DNA from: a virus
Lineage: Duplodnaviria > Caudoviricetes
Direction: 5' to 3' (one strand)
DNA: 35,053 nucleotides
IMG/VR virus record: IMGVR_UViG_3300037195_000566
Coordinates: 1 to 35,053 of that record
Every line of letters begins with the position of its first letter. Position 1 is the first letter of the stretch. The notes under the pieces are model-generated. The model saw only the letters and a program-made list of their open reading frames with translations, was not told the origin of the DNA and did no database searches. Made by a program: the position numbers and the translations under genes. This document shows positions 1 to 8,737 of the stretch, in pieces.

Positions 1-2
1 TG

Positions 3-83
3 CAATACTGGGATAAAATAAATAACACTTCTACTTGGCAAGATGCAGTTCAAGCAGTCAAGGATAAATATCCTAAATCATAA
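3..83 (+). CDS. 3' end of a truncated small tail-fibre-associated protein (QYWDKINNTSTWQDAVQAVKDKYPKS*)
   Basis: Frame 3 is open from the window edge to TAA at 81-83. The C-terminal W..A...VK..YPK pattern is typical of small proteins that follow tail fibres in marine phages (recalled pattern). Confidence 0.55.
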   Translation, partial: QYWDKINNTSTWQDAVQAVKDKYPKS

Positions 84-124
84 TGTGCGTTTATCAATAG
101 TTGTATTTTCTGTAGCAACTATGA

Positions 125-346
125 ATGAATTTCGTTCTAGCATTTATTCTTTGTTCTGCAGTAGAAGGAGCTTGTCTTCCCCCAATTGAATGGCCTTATA
201 AATTCAATGACCATTATGATTGCATGATAGCAGGTTATGAAGAATCCTTAAAAAAACTTAATAAAATAGGTAGAGAAGAAGTTAATCAACATGGCTTATT
301 TATTAAATTTTTTTGTGTCAAAAATAAAAGATCTCAAGGAACATAA
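125..346 (+). CDS. Small exported or membrane-anchored Cys-containing phage protein
   Basis: ORF track: hydrophobic N-terminus and four Cys. No SD; the ATG lies 36 nt after a TGTGCG motif. Confidence 0.6.
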   Translation: MNFVLAFILCSAVEGACLPPIEWPYKFNDHYDCMIAGYEESLKKLNKIGREEVNQHGLFIKFFCVKNKRSQGT

Positions 347-579
347 TGAAAAAGAAAAGAACTCCTTCTGAAATGGTAGCCGAACAAAATTCAATTAGGA
401 TTTCTTATCATGAAAAAGTTTGTGCAGAAAGAATGAAAACTTTATTTAAAACAATAGATGAATTGAAAAAAGATGTTAAAGAAATGAGAGCAGATATGAA
501 TAGATGGAAAGGTGCAGGTGGTATCTTAATTTTACTGGGTGGACTTATTGGATCTATATTTTATTTCTTTATAAAATAA
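346..579 (+). CDS. Coiled-coil protein with C-terminal transmembrane helix (XhlA/holin-like)
   Basis: Heptad-like N-terminal region followed by GAGGILILLGGLIGSIFYFF; lies in the lysis region; TAATG coupling. Confidence 0.55.
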   Translation: MKKKRTPSEMVAEQNSIRISYHEKVCAERMKTLFKTIDELKKDVKEMRADMNRWKGAGGILILLGGLIGSIFYFFIK

Positions 580-581
580 AT

Positions 582-1343
582 ATGTTTAAAGGACATAGAA
601 TAATAGTAATAGGTGATACTCACGATAGCCCCAGTATAAAACAAGATAGATTTGTATGGATGGGTAAATATATTAAACAATGTAAACCTGACTATATAAT
701 CCAAATAGGTGATTGGGCTTCCTTTGATAGTCTTAGTTATTTTCAAAAAAATTCTTCTCAAGCTGGAAAACTTAAAGATGCCTTTATGGTTGATATAGAT
801 TCTTTAAGATCTTCAATGGATTTATTAGACAAATATATTGATAATCCTAGAATACCTAGACACGTTACATTCGGTAACCACGAACAAAGAGTTTATAAGT
901 TTGAAGAAAATATTCCAGAAATACAAGGTATGATGAAAAAAGAACTACATGATACTTATATAAAACGTAACTGGAAATTTTCTCCTTGTGGAGCATTTAA
1001 AATTATAGGGGGAGTGTCCTTCACTCATTGCCCATTAAATATAATGGGTAAAGAATATGGTGGAAAAAATTGTGAAGTACAAGTAGCAAATGATGCTACA
1101 AATGACATAGTATTTGGACATACTCACAAATTTAGAGATTGGAAAGCCCCTAAAATAGGGGATAAAAACTTCGTTAGAATAATCAATGTAGGATGTGCGT
1201 TGCCATTCGGCCATGTTGAGGAGTATGCAAGACTAAACTTAACTGGTTGGTCTTGGGGAATAGTTGAACTAGGAATTTGGGATAATCATATTCAAGAAAG
1301 TCAATTTATTTCTATGGACAGATTGGAGAAACAATATGCATAA
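582..1343 (+). CDS. Calcineurin-like metallophosphoesterase
   Basis: Motifs GDTHD, GDWASFD, GNHE, FTH, GHTH. Start moved to ATG 582 (MFKGHR), just after the previous stop. Confidence 0.88.
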   Translation: MFKGHRIIVIGDTHDSPSIKQDRFVWMGKYIKQCKPDYIIQIGDWASFDSLSYFQKNSSQAGKLKDAFMVDIDSLRSSMDLLDKYIDNPRIPRHVTFGNHEQRVYKFEENIPEIQGMMKKELHDTYIKRNWKFSPCGAFKIIGGVSFTHCPLNIMGKEYGGKNCEVQVANDATNDIVFGHTHKFRDWKAPKIGDKNFVRIINVGCALPFGHVEEYARLNLTGWSWGIVELGIWDNHIQESQFISMDRLEKQYA

Positions 1344-1455
1344 ACTGAGATTTATTTGGAAAAAGATTAAGATAGAAATTAATGAATTTAAGAATTGGTT
1401 AATACATTTAAAAGATAAGTACATAGAATGGTTATTCAAGGATCTTCATAAATGA
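1336..1455 (+). CDS. 39-aa amphipathic basic peptide (not in ORF track)
   Basis: MHKLRFIWKKIKIEINEFKNWLIHLKDKYIEWLFKDLHK*; overlaps both neighbours (ATGA with the endolysin) and fills the gap. Confidence 0.55.
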   Translation: MHKLRFIWKKIKIEINEFKNWLIHLKDKYIEWLFKDLHK

Positions 1456-1862
1456 TTGCTTCAGAAGATCAATGGGATTTAGAAAGATGGCCGAACTTCT
1501 CTTTTGATGAATTTAAGTGCAGCTCTCACGGTGGAGTTAAAATATCACCAGTTGTATTAGATTTTATTCAAGCTTATAGAAATGTCTTAGGAAAAGGTGT
1601 TTCTATAAACTCTGGATTTAGATGCCCTGAACATAATAATTCGGTATCTTCTACAGGTGAAGATGGGCCACATACAACAGGGTATGCAATCGACATTTCA
1701 ACAAACACTCAAACCCAATATCAGTTATTAAGATTTGCTTTTTCATATAATCCACAACCTTTGGGTATTGGAGTTGCTAAAACATTTACTCATATTGATT
1801 TTTGTAATGTTGATATGAATGATAAATTTTTAGTAAGACCTAACGTATGGAGATATGCGTAA
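1452..1862 (+). CDS. Peptidase M15 family endolysin (Zn-dependent)
   Basis: NFSFDEFKC, SGFRC.EHN, H..GYAID and HID motifs of M15A peptidases. Confidence 0.88.
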   Translation: MIASEDQWDLERWPNFSFDEFKCSSHGGVKISPVVLDFIQAYRNVLGKGVSINSGFRCPEHNNSVSSTGEDGPHTTGYAIDISTNTQTQYQLLRFAFSYNPQPLGIGVAKTFTHIDFCNVDMNDKFLVRPNVWRYA

Positions 1863-2251
1863 TGTGGTTTAGTGCAATTAAATTAGCTTTAAATGCTGGA
1901 ACGCATATCTATAAAAATAGACAAAAAACTAAAATGTTAATGTCTGATGCTCAGATGAAACACGCAGAAAAAATGAGTTCAGGTGAATTACAATACTCTG
2001 GTAAACTTTTAGAAGCTAGACAATCGGACTGGAAAGACGAGGCAGTTTTAATAATTCTCACTTTGCCAATTTTAGTAATTGCATACGGTGTTTTTAGTGA
2101 TGATCCAAATGCATCTCAAAAAATAAAAGAGTTCTTTGAACAATTTCAGCAGCTCCCTTCATGGTTCACAAATCTATGGATTCTTGTAGTGGCATCAATA
2201 TACGGGATTAAGGGTACACAAATATTTCGTAATGGAGGTAAGAAAAAATAA
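1862..2251 (+). CDS. Holin (3TM, GTA-holin-like)
   Basis: SDWKDE followed by hydrophobic segments, LP.W and SIYGIKG; directly after the endolysin. Start likely ATG 1862 (TAATG). Confidence 0.7.
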   Translation: MWFSAIKLALNAGTHIYKNRQKTKMLMSDAQMKHAEKMSSGELQYSGKLLEARQSDWKDEAVLIILTLPILVIAYGVFSDDPNASQKIKEFFEQFQQLPSWFTNLWILVVASIYGIKGTQIFRNGGKKK

Positions 2252-2357
2252 TGACAATACCTGATTTAATAAGAAAAATAGATCTATTTTGGTATAGAAG
2301 TTCTACGCCAGTTAAATGGTCTATTATAATTTCGGTAGCAATTATTTTATTTTTACT

Positions 2358-2753
2358 ATGAAGATAAGAGAAACATCTTCAGTAGATTTAAGCTTAAAAA
2401 ATTTAATTAGCATCGTTATAGCAGTTGCTATTGGTGTTTGGGCTTATTTCGGAGTTATTGAAAGACTTAATAACGTTGAAACAAACTACAAACTTATGAG
2501 TAGTGATTTAGAAAAGAATACTGACTTTAGAATCAAGTGGCCAAGAGGCGAACTTGGCTCTTTGCCAGCAGATTCTGAACAATTTATGTTAATTGAGCAT
2601 ATGGCAGGTCAACTTGAAAAAGTAATATTACAATTAGAAGCAGGGATGCATAACAAAGTAAATATAGAATTTTTATCAAAACAAGTTGATAAACTATTAG
2701 AAGATGTAGAAAAATTAAAAGATAAAATTAGAAAAAATGGAAATCACTCCTAA
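2358..2753 (+). CDS. Membrane-anchored coiled-coil protein (possibly spanin-like)
   Basis: Single N-terminal TM (LISIVIAVAIGVWAYFGV) then coiled coil. Start taken at MKIRETSS. Confidence 0.5.
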   Translation: MKIRETSSVDLSLKNLISIVIAVAIGVWAYFGVIERLNNVETNYKLMSSDLEKNTDFRIKWPRGELGSLPADSEQFMLIEHMAGQLEKVILQLEAGMHNKVNIEFLSKQVDKLLEDVEKLKDKIRKNGNHS

Positions 2754-2875
2754 TGCCAAGACAAATTAAAAAATTAATTGTTAAATTAAGAATGTTATAT
2801 GCCAATATAAGAGGTCATCATGGCAAGAAATGGAATTACGAACCAAGTGAACATTATATGGGTAAAAAAAAATGA
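2753..2875 (+). CDS. 40-aa basic hypothetical protein (not in ORF track)
   Basis: MPRQIKKLIVKLRMLYANIRGHHGKKWNYEPSEHYMGKKK*; TAATG coupling. Confidence 0.5.
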   Translation: MPRQIKKLIVKLRMLYANIRGHHGKKWNYEPSEHYMGKKK

Positions 2876-2987
2876 CAATTATAATTGATTATTTTTACAG
2901 TATTGTAGAACACTATAGTTCCGAGCTTAATGTATGGGCATGGAATAAAAGATGGTGTAGTAGAAAAAAAGGAACAGGATATAAAAA

Positions 2988-3206
2988 ATGATAGAAACTA
3001 TTTTTGTCTTACTTATGATTATAGACCATGAAATTAAGGAACACAGAATACAGGATTCATTAAGTGTTTGTTTAAAACATAAAAGAATAGCAGAACGAAC
3101 AACTATTAATAAAAACAAAATTCAATACAAGTGCATTAAATCAAAGGCAGAATTAGAAACTAATATAGATGGCTCAATCTCAATCAAAAAACTCATCCTT
3201 AAATAA
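2988..3206 (+). CDS. Hypothetical protein
   Basis: ORF track; upstream AGGA; hydrophobic N-terminus and a Cys pair. Confidence 0.6.
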   Translation: MIETIFVLLMIIDHEIKEHRIQDSLSVCLKHKRIAERTTINKNKIQYKCIKSKAELETNIDGSISIKKLILK

Positions 3207-3304
3207 AAAGACTGATAAAAAACATAAAGAACACGCTGAAGATATATCTTATGAAAATGAAATAGATAAATCATTCTTAGATGAATTATTAAATAATACT
3301 CCTC

Positions 3305-3529
3305 ATGAAGAACAATTTGAAGAAAACCTGGACAAGAAATAAAAAAGAAGTTTATGATTGTGGTAAATGCAATTGGTGTAATAAAGAATTAACCTCAGAT
3401 ATGGGTGGATGGATTATAAATGGTGAAAAAAAGCATTTTTGCCATGATGGTATAAATAAGCTTTGTTTTGACCATTATTTGGATTCTAGGAAGCCCATAG
3501 CTCAACGTACAAGTACTTCGGCAGCATAA
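3305..3529 (+). CDS. Small Cys/His-rich (zinc-finger-like) protein
   Basis: CGKCNWC ... HFCH ... CF. Confidence 0.55.
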   Translation: MKNNLKKTWTRNKKEVYDCGKCNWCNKELTSDMGGWIINGEKKHFCHDGINKLCFDHYLDSRKPIAQRTSTSAA

Positions 3530-3585
3530 TTCGACTCTAAGTATAGGCAGAATTAAATACTTAAATAAGAGTCTTATAGAGTCTT

Positions 3586-3855
3586 TTAGTTAAGCTTATT
3601 ACCATCTTCTCTAAACTTTTCGGACTCAACTGTAGCTAAAGCAGAAGATAATAAATCAATTACAAATTGTTTTTTATTATACCAACCTGCAATATTCATT
3701 GTAGTTGAAACTAATGCAACTAGAGATGCATCAACATTTCCTCTAAGTAAATCAACCGTTATAAAATCATTTAATTCTTCTACAGAATGTGCGCAATCTT
3801 TAAGTTCAAGATTTCTTTTTTTAAACTCTTTTTTTAAATCTAGAAAAGATTTCAT
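3586..3855 (-). CDS. Hypothetical protein, probably leaderless
   Basis: ORF track; ATG lies 7 nt after TACCCT and 35 nt after TGTGCG on the minus strand. Confidence 0.65.
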   Translation of the reverse strand: MKSFLDLKKEFKKRNLELKDCAHSVEELNDFITVDLLRGNVDASLVALVSTTMNIAGWYNKKQFVIDLLSSALATVESEKFREDGNKLN

Positions 3856-4252
3856 ATTGATAGGGTAGGAGTTTGTAGATTAATTTAAACGCACATTAAA
3901 GGAATATTTGGAGATGATGGTTTAAAATTAGAGGACAACTCTCCTAAACACACCAATATTTTAGATTTTTTCGATAAAAAAAAGTTAGCACCTACAGGAT
4001 TACATAGAACACAAATCTATTGCCCAGGGAAGATGCTTACTTTTTTAACTAGGGGAAAATCCCTAAAAGGTCAACTCCCCTAGCCGAAAGGAGCTAATCA
4101 TGAAGACTAGCTTTTATTTGTAGCATTTTTTATAAAGTGCTTTGATACCAACAGCAGATCCATGTTTTACGTATATACACTCTGTACTCGGTACACTCCC
4201 AGGAATAATTTAAATTGGATTTCCTGCTTTCATTGTCCAAACTACAAATTCT

Positions 4253-4633
4253 TTAAAACTGATTATTAAAATCACCATCATTACTTGACGGTGTAGCTTC
4301 CTTAGATTCTTTAGGTGAAACCATTTTGATTACACCTGAGTATCTTGGAACAACTACTTCTGTTACATATCTTTGATTGTCATTAGCATCTTTATAAGAT
4401 CTAGTTTCAATCTCGCCTTCAACATATAACATAGTACCCTTTTTAGCATACTTGCCCATTGTATCTGCGATACGAGGATCAAATACTACAATTTTATGCC
4501 AAGTAGTTTTTTCTTCATCTTTAAACTTCTTGTTAGTTGCTAAAGATAAATTAGCCATGCTATCACCTTTTTTAGTTTGCTTAACTTCAGGATCAGCACC
4601 TAATCTACCTACTAGGATTACTTTATTTATCAT
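4253..4633 (-). CDS. ssb: Single-stranded DNA-binding protein
   Basis: MINKVILVGRLGADPE, TTWHKIVVF, KG..LYVEG.I.TR.Y.D, YVTEVV; short acidic tail ending in F. Confidence 0.96.
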   Translation of the reverse strand: MINKVILVGRLGADPEVKQTKKGDSMANLSLATNKKFKDEEKTTWHKIVVFDPRIADTMGKYAKKGTMLYVEGEIETRSYKDANDNQRYVTEVVVPRYSGVIKMVSPKESKEATPSSNDGDFNNQF

Positions 4634-5144
4634 CTTTCTTACTCCTTAATTTAGAAGGATCTATTACTTTTACATTACTTTCTCCAGTAGATCCATTAGA
4701 ACTGAATTTAGTTTTCATTTCTGAAACATATTTATTATTGTCAAACATTCCAAGAAACACATCTGCATTAAGACCTAAATAACTAAATGCTTTAGTTAAT
4801 GCGTCAGTAGATGCTTTTTTACAAGCTTCATCATCTAACGTACCTGCTTTTTTATACAAAGCACACACACTAGATATTGGGCCAAAAGCATACCATTGTT
4901 CATTTTCTTTCCATTGAACAATAACTTCAGCAAATACATTTTGATCTGTATATGTAAAAGTATTTTTAAATCTCCAACCTTTACCAACTGGGCCAAATAA
5001 TCCTGTCATACACATAACTTGCGACATAGGATCAATAGTGGTTAAAGTTTTTCCAAATTTAGGAAATGGTTTTGTCCAACTAGGATCTGTAGATTTTGCT
5101 TTATCCCAAATATAATAGTTTTTTTGTTCACCTATTCTAGCCAT
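4623..5144 (-). CDS. Sak/Rad52-like single-strand annealing protein
   Basis: FGPVGKGW and DEACKKASTDALTKAFSYLGLNADVF; sits between exonuclease and ssb as in phage recombination modules. Confidence 0.75.
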   Translation of the reverse strand: MARIGEQKNYYIWDKAKSTDPSWTKPFPKFGKTLTTIDPMSQVMCMTGLFGPVGKGWRFKNTFTYTDQNVFAEVIVQWKENEQWYAFGPISSVCALYKKAGTLDDEACKKASTDALTKAFSYLGLNADVFLGMFDNNKYVSEMKTKFSSNGSTGESNVKVIDPSKLRSKKDDK

Positions 5145-5145
5145 T

Positions 5146-5481
5146 TTATACTCCTTTTTCTGTGTATTGATTGTTTATATGCTCTTTACTGACTACATAC
5201 ACATAAGCCATAGCACCGCTTGAGTTTTTTCTTTTATCTTTTCTTTGAATGTTACCAAGCTTATAAAGCTCAGTAACTCTTGGTCTAACTGTAAAAGGAC
5301 TCAAAGCTAATAATTCAGCAACCTCATCAGCAGTAGCACCAAAATTTCCTTTATTGATAATCACATTAAATACTTTCTTTCTTATAGTTTCAGCTCCAGC
5401 TTTTATTAATTCTGCAGCTTCTAAAGAAGTACCGTTTTCTTTAATTCCTGGAGACAACGGGTATGATGGTTCTATCTTCAT
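5146..5481 (-). CDS. Winged-helix DNA-binding protein
   Basis: GATADEVAELLALSPFTVRPRVTEL, R.NSSG..A.V. Start likely MKIEPSYP. Confidence 0.7.
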   Translation of the reverse strand: MKIEPSYPLSPGIKENGTSLEAAELIKAGAETIRKKVFNVIINKGNFGATADEVAELLALSPFTVRPRVTELYKLGNIQRKDKRKNSSGAMAYVYVVSKEHINNQYTEKGV

Positions 5482-6079
5482 TAAATTCCTTTTCGTTAAA
5501 ATTATCAAAACCAATATAATCAGGTGGAGCTTTCTTTTTTTCTACAAAGTGCCAAAATAATACTTCTGCGTTTTCTAATTTTTCTTGAAATTCTTTATCT
5601 GCAGTAACTTCCATTACTTCATATTTAAGATTGCCAAAAAATATAGAAATATACACTCTCTTACTTGCTACACACATTAAGTAGTGCTGTATTTGAGCTT
5701 TATATTTATCAGCAACTTTTTTAGGATTACTAAATGCGTTAGTATGTTTACATTCTAAAATAGAAACACCATACTTCATATCACTTGGATCTTTTTTGTC
5801 AGGCATAATTAATCCATCTACATGAGCATACATAAATTTATATTTTGGATGAAAAAATGTTTCTTGTTTACCATGTACTTTTAAACCAGTTTGTTTTTCA
5901 AACCATCTAATATTAAGATCTTCAGTATGTATTCCCATTTGAACAGGTAACACATTACTTAAATCAGGGTACTCGGACTTACCAAGCTTTTCTTCCCATA
6001 ATTGATACCAATCACCTTCATATAATCTTGTTGCATCAGATCCACCAATACCTTGTTTTCTATCAAACTCTTTATTCAT
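5441..6079 (-). CDS. YqaJ/lambda-exonuclease family nuclease
   Basis: RKQGIGGSD, G...E, AHVDG, LECK, QIQHYL. Confidence 0.9.
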   Translation of the reverse strand: MNKEFDRKQGIGGSDATRLYEGDWYQLWEEKLGKSEYPDLSNVLPVQMGIHTEDLNIRWFEKQTGLKVHGKQETFFHPKYKFMYAHVDGLIMPDKKDPSDMKYGVSILECKHTNAFSNPKKVADKYKAQIQHYLMCVASKRVYISIFFGNLKYEVMEVTADKEFQEKLENAEVLFWHFVEKKKAPPDYIGFDNFNEKEFNEDRTIIPVVSRN

Positions 6080-6492
6080 TAATTTTCTCCTATTTTATTT
6101 TTTTTTAAAAATCTCCAATATCCTAATATTGTTTTTATTCTTCCATTAGGTAATTCTACATCTCTCTTTTTTTTAACCCACACTTTATAAAACCTTGCAT
6201 CATTATTATGACCTATATTATATTTAGGATTCCATTTCTTAATAAGAATCTTTTCCCATTTTTTACTTAAATAATCCGATTGACTTTCAATATAATAATA
6301 ATGAGTATATTTTTTATAAGGTGTATAATTATTAAACGGATCTTGTCTTCTTCTTTTACCTTTATGTGCAACTAATCTTGAATTAAGATGTAATGTTTGT
6401 CCTATATATATAATTTGTTTTTTATTAAATAAAAAATATAAATAATATTGCTTAATATTTTTACTAATTAATTTATCGTTATTTATATTCAT
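6079..6492 (-). CDS. Free-standing GIY-YIG nuclease
   Basis: YYLYFL, IIYIGQT..L..RL..H, E..LI....P.YN. Confidence 0.78.
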   Translation of the reverse strand: MNINNDKLISKNIKQYYLYFLFNKKQIIYIGQTLHLNSRLVAHKGKRRRQDPFNNYTPYKKYTHYYYIESQSDYLSKKWEKILIKKWNPKYNIGHNNDARFYKVWVKKKRDVELPNGRIKTILGYWRFLKKNKIGEN

Positions 6493-6519
6493 ATCGTTCC
6501 ACCAATTTTAAAATAATGT

Positions 6520-6846
6520 TTAGGAAATTTTCTTAAATGAACTTCCAACAACTTGTCTAACTTTGATTCCCATATTTGTTGCTTTGTCTTTCTTAATCTT
6601 TTCCCATCTTTCTTTTTTTTCTTTCTCATGTTTCAACCTCAACTTTTCTATTTTATTTACATACTCATGGGGTAGAGTACCATCCAAAATTTTTTTTGCG
6701 GTAGCATTGTAAACATTCTCATTAAATTCAATCTGCTTATAAAATTTAAGCAATCTCATTCGAAATAACATTTGTCTATTATGTGGAGCTGAATAATCTA
6801 TGTTAGATTTTTTCTTCAGACTTTTCAGTAGATTCTTCATTAACAA
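6520..6846 (-). CDS. Hypothetical protein
   Basis: ORF track; overlaps its upstream neighbour in the leftward operon. Confidence 0.6.
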   Translation of the reverse strand: MLMKNLLKSLKKKSNIDYSAPHNRQMLFRMRLLKFYKQIEFNENVYNATAKKILDGTLPHEYVNKIEKLRLKHEKEKKERWEKIKKDKATNMGIKVRQVVGSSFKKIS

Positions 6847-7126
6847 ATGTTCCTTCTTTAAATTTAGCTAACATGGCATCTAACTCTTTCTCTTTAGATT
6901 TAAACTTATCCGTTATCGTTCTAGCTTTAACTAGATAGTGAATAGCATCTATTAGTTCCTCAATAGTTTCTTCTATCCATTGATCTAAAGGTCTATCGTT
7001 AGAATCCATTGTCTTGCCAAATTTTTCCATACCTTGCATATGGCGATTAACTATTATGTCGATCACCTTATTTACGATAGGATCATTCGTTATCTGGTCA
7101 GGTCTTATTTCTGGATTTATTGTCAT
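6803..7126 (-). CDS. Small helical phage protein, possibly all-alpha NTP-pyrophosphohydrolase-like
   Basis: R...G..KFG.T.D and W.EE..EELIDA..YL pattern; function is inferred. Confidence 0.5.
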   Translation of the reverse strand: MTINPEIRPDQITNDPIVNKVIDIIVNRHMQGMEKFGKTMDSNDRPLDQWIEETIEELIDAIHYLVKARTITDKFKSKEKELDAMLAKFKEGTFVNEESTEKSEEKI

Positions 7127-7361
7127 TGTTTAGCACCTTTGGAGTTAATGTAATTGTCATACCTAGAGCATCTGCCCAGCAACAAAATAACCAACCACTA
7201 GGTTTTCTAATTCCACACTCCCATTTAGAAACTAATCCCTTGGCAACACCCAAGATTTCATCCATTTCTAATTGTGAAATTTTTAACTTTTTTCTAGCAG
7301 CTATAAATTGAGTTATTATCCCATTATGGAATATTGGGCCTAATGCTTCATAACTAGGCAT
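7098..7361 (-). CDS. XRE/Cro-family HTH regulator
   Basis: ARKKLKISQLEMDEILGVAKGLVSKWECGIRKP. Confidence 0.85.
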   Translation of the reverse strand: MPSYEALGPIFHNGIITQFIAARKKLKISQLEMDEILGVAKGLVSKWECGIRKPSGWLFCCWADALGMTITLTPKVLNNDNKSRNKT

Positions 7362-7392
7362 ATATTTTTGTTTTTAATATATTCATATAATC

Positions 7393-7420
7393 ACAATACG
7401 CACAAAGAACAAAATGTCAA
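7393..7420 (-). promoter_or_regulatory. Sigma70-type leftward promoter for the Cro/recombination operon
   Basis: Minus strand TTGACA (7420-7415), 16-nt spacer, TATTGT (7398-7393). Confidence 0.6.
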
Positions 7421-7491
7421 CATACCTATTGTGCGTTGCTTTCACTCTCGCTTTCACAACGCAACAATAGATCGCAGTAGGGGTTAACCAC

Positions 7492-7776
7492 TTATTGTAT
7501 TTCCACCTGCTTATTAAGGACTGAAACGGATGACTCCGATGCCTTAAATTCATTAATTAAAGCTGAAAATTCATTTATTTTCCAACCATATACATGACAT
7601 AGTTTAAGTAATTGATGAGCAAATATCCTATTTGTTCCATTCTCAAATTTTTGTATCTGTTGAAAACTAACTTTTAATGTTTTAGCTAATTTTGATTGTG
7701 TGAGTTTATCTTTATTTCTAAGTGATTTAAGATGCTCACCGATTTTATTATTATATTCATTTCTAGCTTGTTTCAC
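7492..7776 (-). CDS. XRE-family HTH regulator
   Basis: IGEHLKSLR...LTQSKLAKTLKVSFQQIQKFENGTNRI, an alphaproteobacterial-type XRE signature. Start likely GTG 7776 after AAGGAAAGG. Confidence 0.88.
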   Translation of the reverse strand: MKQARNEYNNKIGEHLKSLRNKDKLTQSKLAKTLKVSFQQIQKFENGTNRIFAHQLLKLCHVYGWKINEFSALINEFKASESSVSVLNKQVEIQ

Positions 7777-8263
7777 GCAAAACCTTTCCTTTAATCTCAC
7801 TATAAATTTTATGATTATTTGGTTCTTTCCAAAAAGAACTTTTAGTTAATCTAGTTTTTACATAATGTAATACAGAAGTATGATCTTTATTTAAAATTCT
7901 AGCTATTTCTGGATAGGTTAGAGCAGTACATTCTCTCATTAAATTCGCTATCATAGATCTCGATATTACTAGATATTGATATCTATATTTACCTATTAAT
8001 TCAGATCTTTGAACTTGGTAATATTCAATAACTTTATTAAATATTATTTCTGCAATTTGTTGATTATTAATTATTGGGCCAGGTGGTACATCATGCTTGT
8101 ATTTAACTATTACTTTTTGAACTTTTTGTTCGGCAGCACTACCAGCTCGATAACCATTTCTGAAAGCATTTCTATATAAAGCTATTTCTCTAGTAGATAA
8201 TCCATCAAGATGAGATACTTTTCTTGCCATAGAATAAACATGTTTAAAGTCCATTATATTCAA
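7763..8263 (-). CDS. Protein with DnaA C-terminal (domain IV) DNA-binding domain and no AAA+ domain
   Basis: V.EYY.V...EL.GK.R....V..R......L.RE.T.L.YPEI..ILNKDHTSVLH matches the Bac_DnaA_C pattern. True start may be ATG 8254. Confidence 0.85.
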   Translation of the reverse strand: MNIMDFKHVYSMARKVSHLDGLSTREIALYRNAFRNGYRAGSAAEQKVQKVIVKYKHDVPPGPIINNQQIAEIIFNKVIEYYQVQRSELIGKYRYQYLVISRSMIANLMRECTALTYPEIARILNKDHTSVLHYVKTRLTKSSFWKEPNNHKIYSEIKGKVLRETS

Positions 8264-8414
8264 TTAGTTTATCAACTCCAATATTATAAACTAGTTCCTC
8301 TTTAAATTCAGTAATAAGTTTTCTTAATTGTTTTTCGTTTTTAGTTTGTTCCATTGTTTTAATTCTATTAGCAACATATAGAACATCTATTCTATATAGA
8401 TCTGATCTTTCCAT
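8244..8414 (-). CDS. 56-aa hypothetical protein (not in ORF track)
   Basis: MERSDLYRIDVLYVANRIKTMEQ...IEYNGL*; coupled to the upstream stop and fills the gap. Confidence 0.55.
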   Translation of the reverse strand: MERSDLYRIDVLYVANRIKTMEQTKNEKQLRKLITEFKEELVYNIGVDKLIEYNGL

Positions 8415-8737
8415 TATATATTTCCTTTTCTTCTAGAAGCTTCTAATGTTCTCCAAACATCTATTCTAAGAATTGCGGTAGCACGTTTATTTTTTATAGT
8501 ATTAACTTCTTTTCTTAACTCTTTAATTTTACTAATTTCAGTAAAATAACTTCCAGTAGAATAAAATTGTTCTGTTAATAAACCCATAGAAAGTTTAGGT
8601 TTTTCGGCAGCAGTTGCACCTATCCAACTACCTTTAACATTTTTTAAATTATCAATTTGAAAATCTAATAAAGCATCTTTTTCTGCATAAGGTTCATCGG
8701 TTTTTGCTAAATATTTTAAATCGTTTTCAATATCCAT
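8414..8737 (-). CDS. Hypothetical phage protein
   Basis: ORF track; C-terminal IDVWRTLEASRRKG is a recurrent phage motif (recalled). Confidence 0.65.
   Translation of the reverse strand: MDIENDLKYLAKTDEPYAEKDALLDFQIDNLKNVKGSWIGATAAEKPKLSMGLLTEQFYSTGSYFTEISKIKELRKEVNTIKNKRATAILRIDVWRTLEASRRKGNI

Noticed and set aside
3788-3793. Extra TGTGCG copies at 3788 and 13173
   Set aside because: 3788 is inside a gene and antisense to it; 13173 lies in a helix of the structured element with no TA at the expected spacing. Treated as background.
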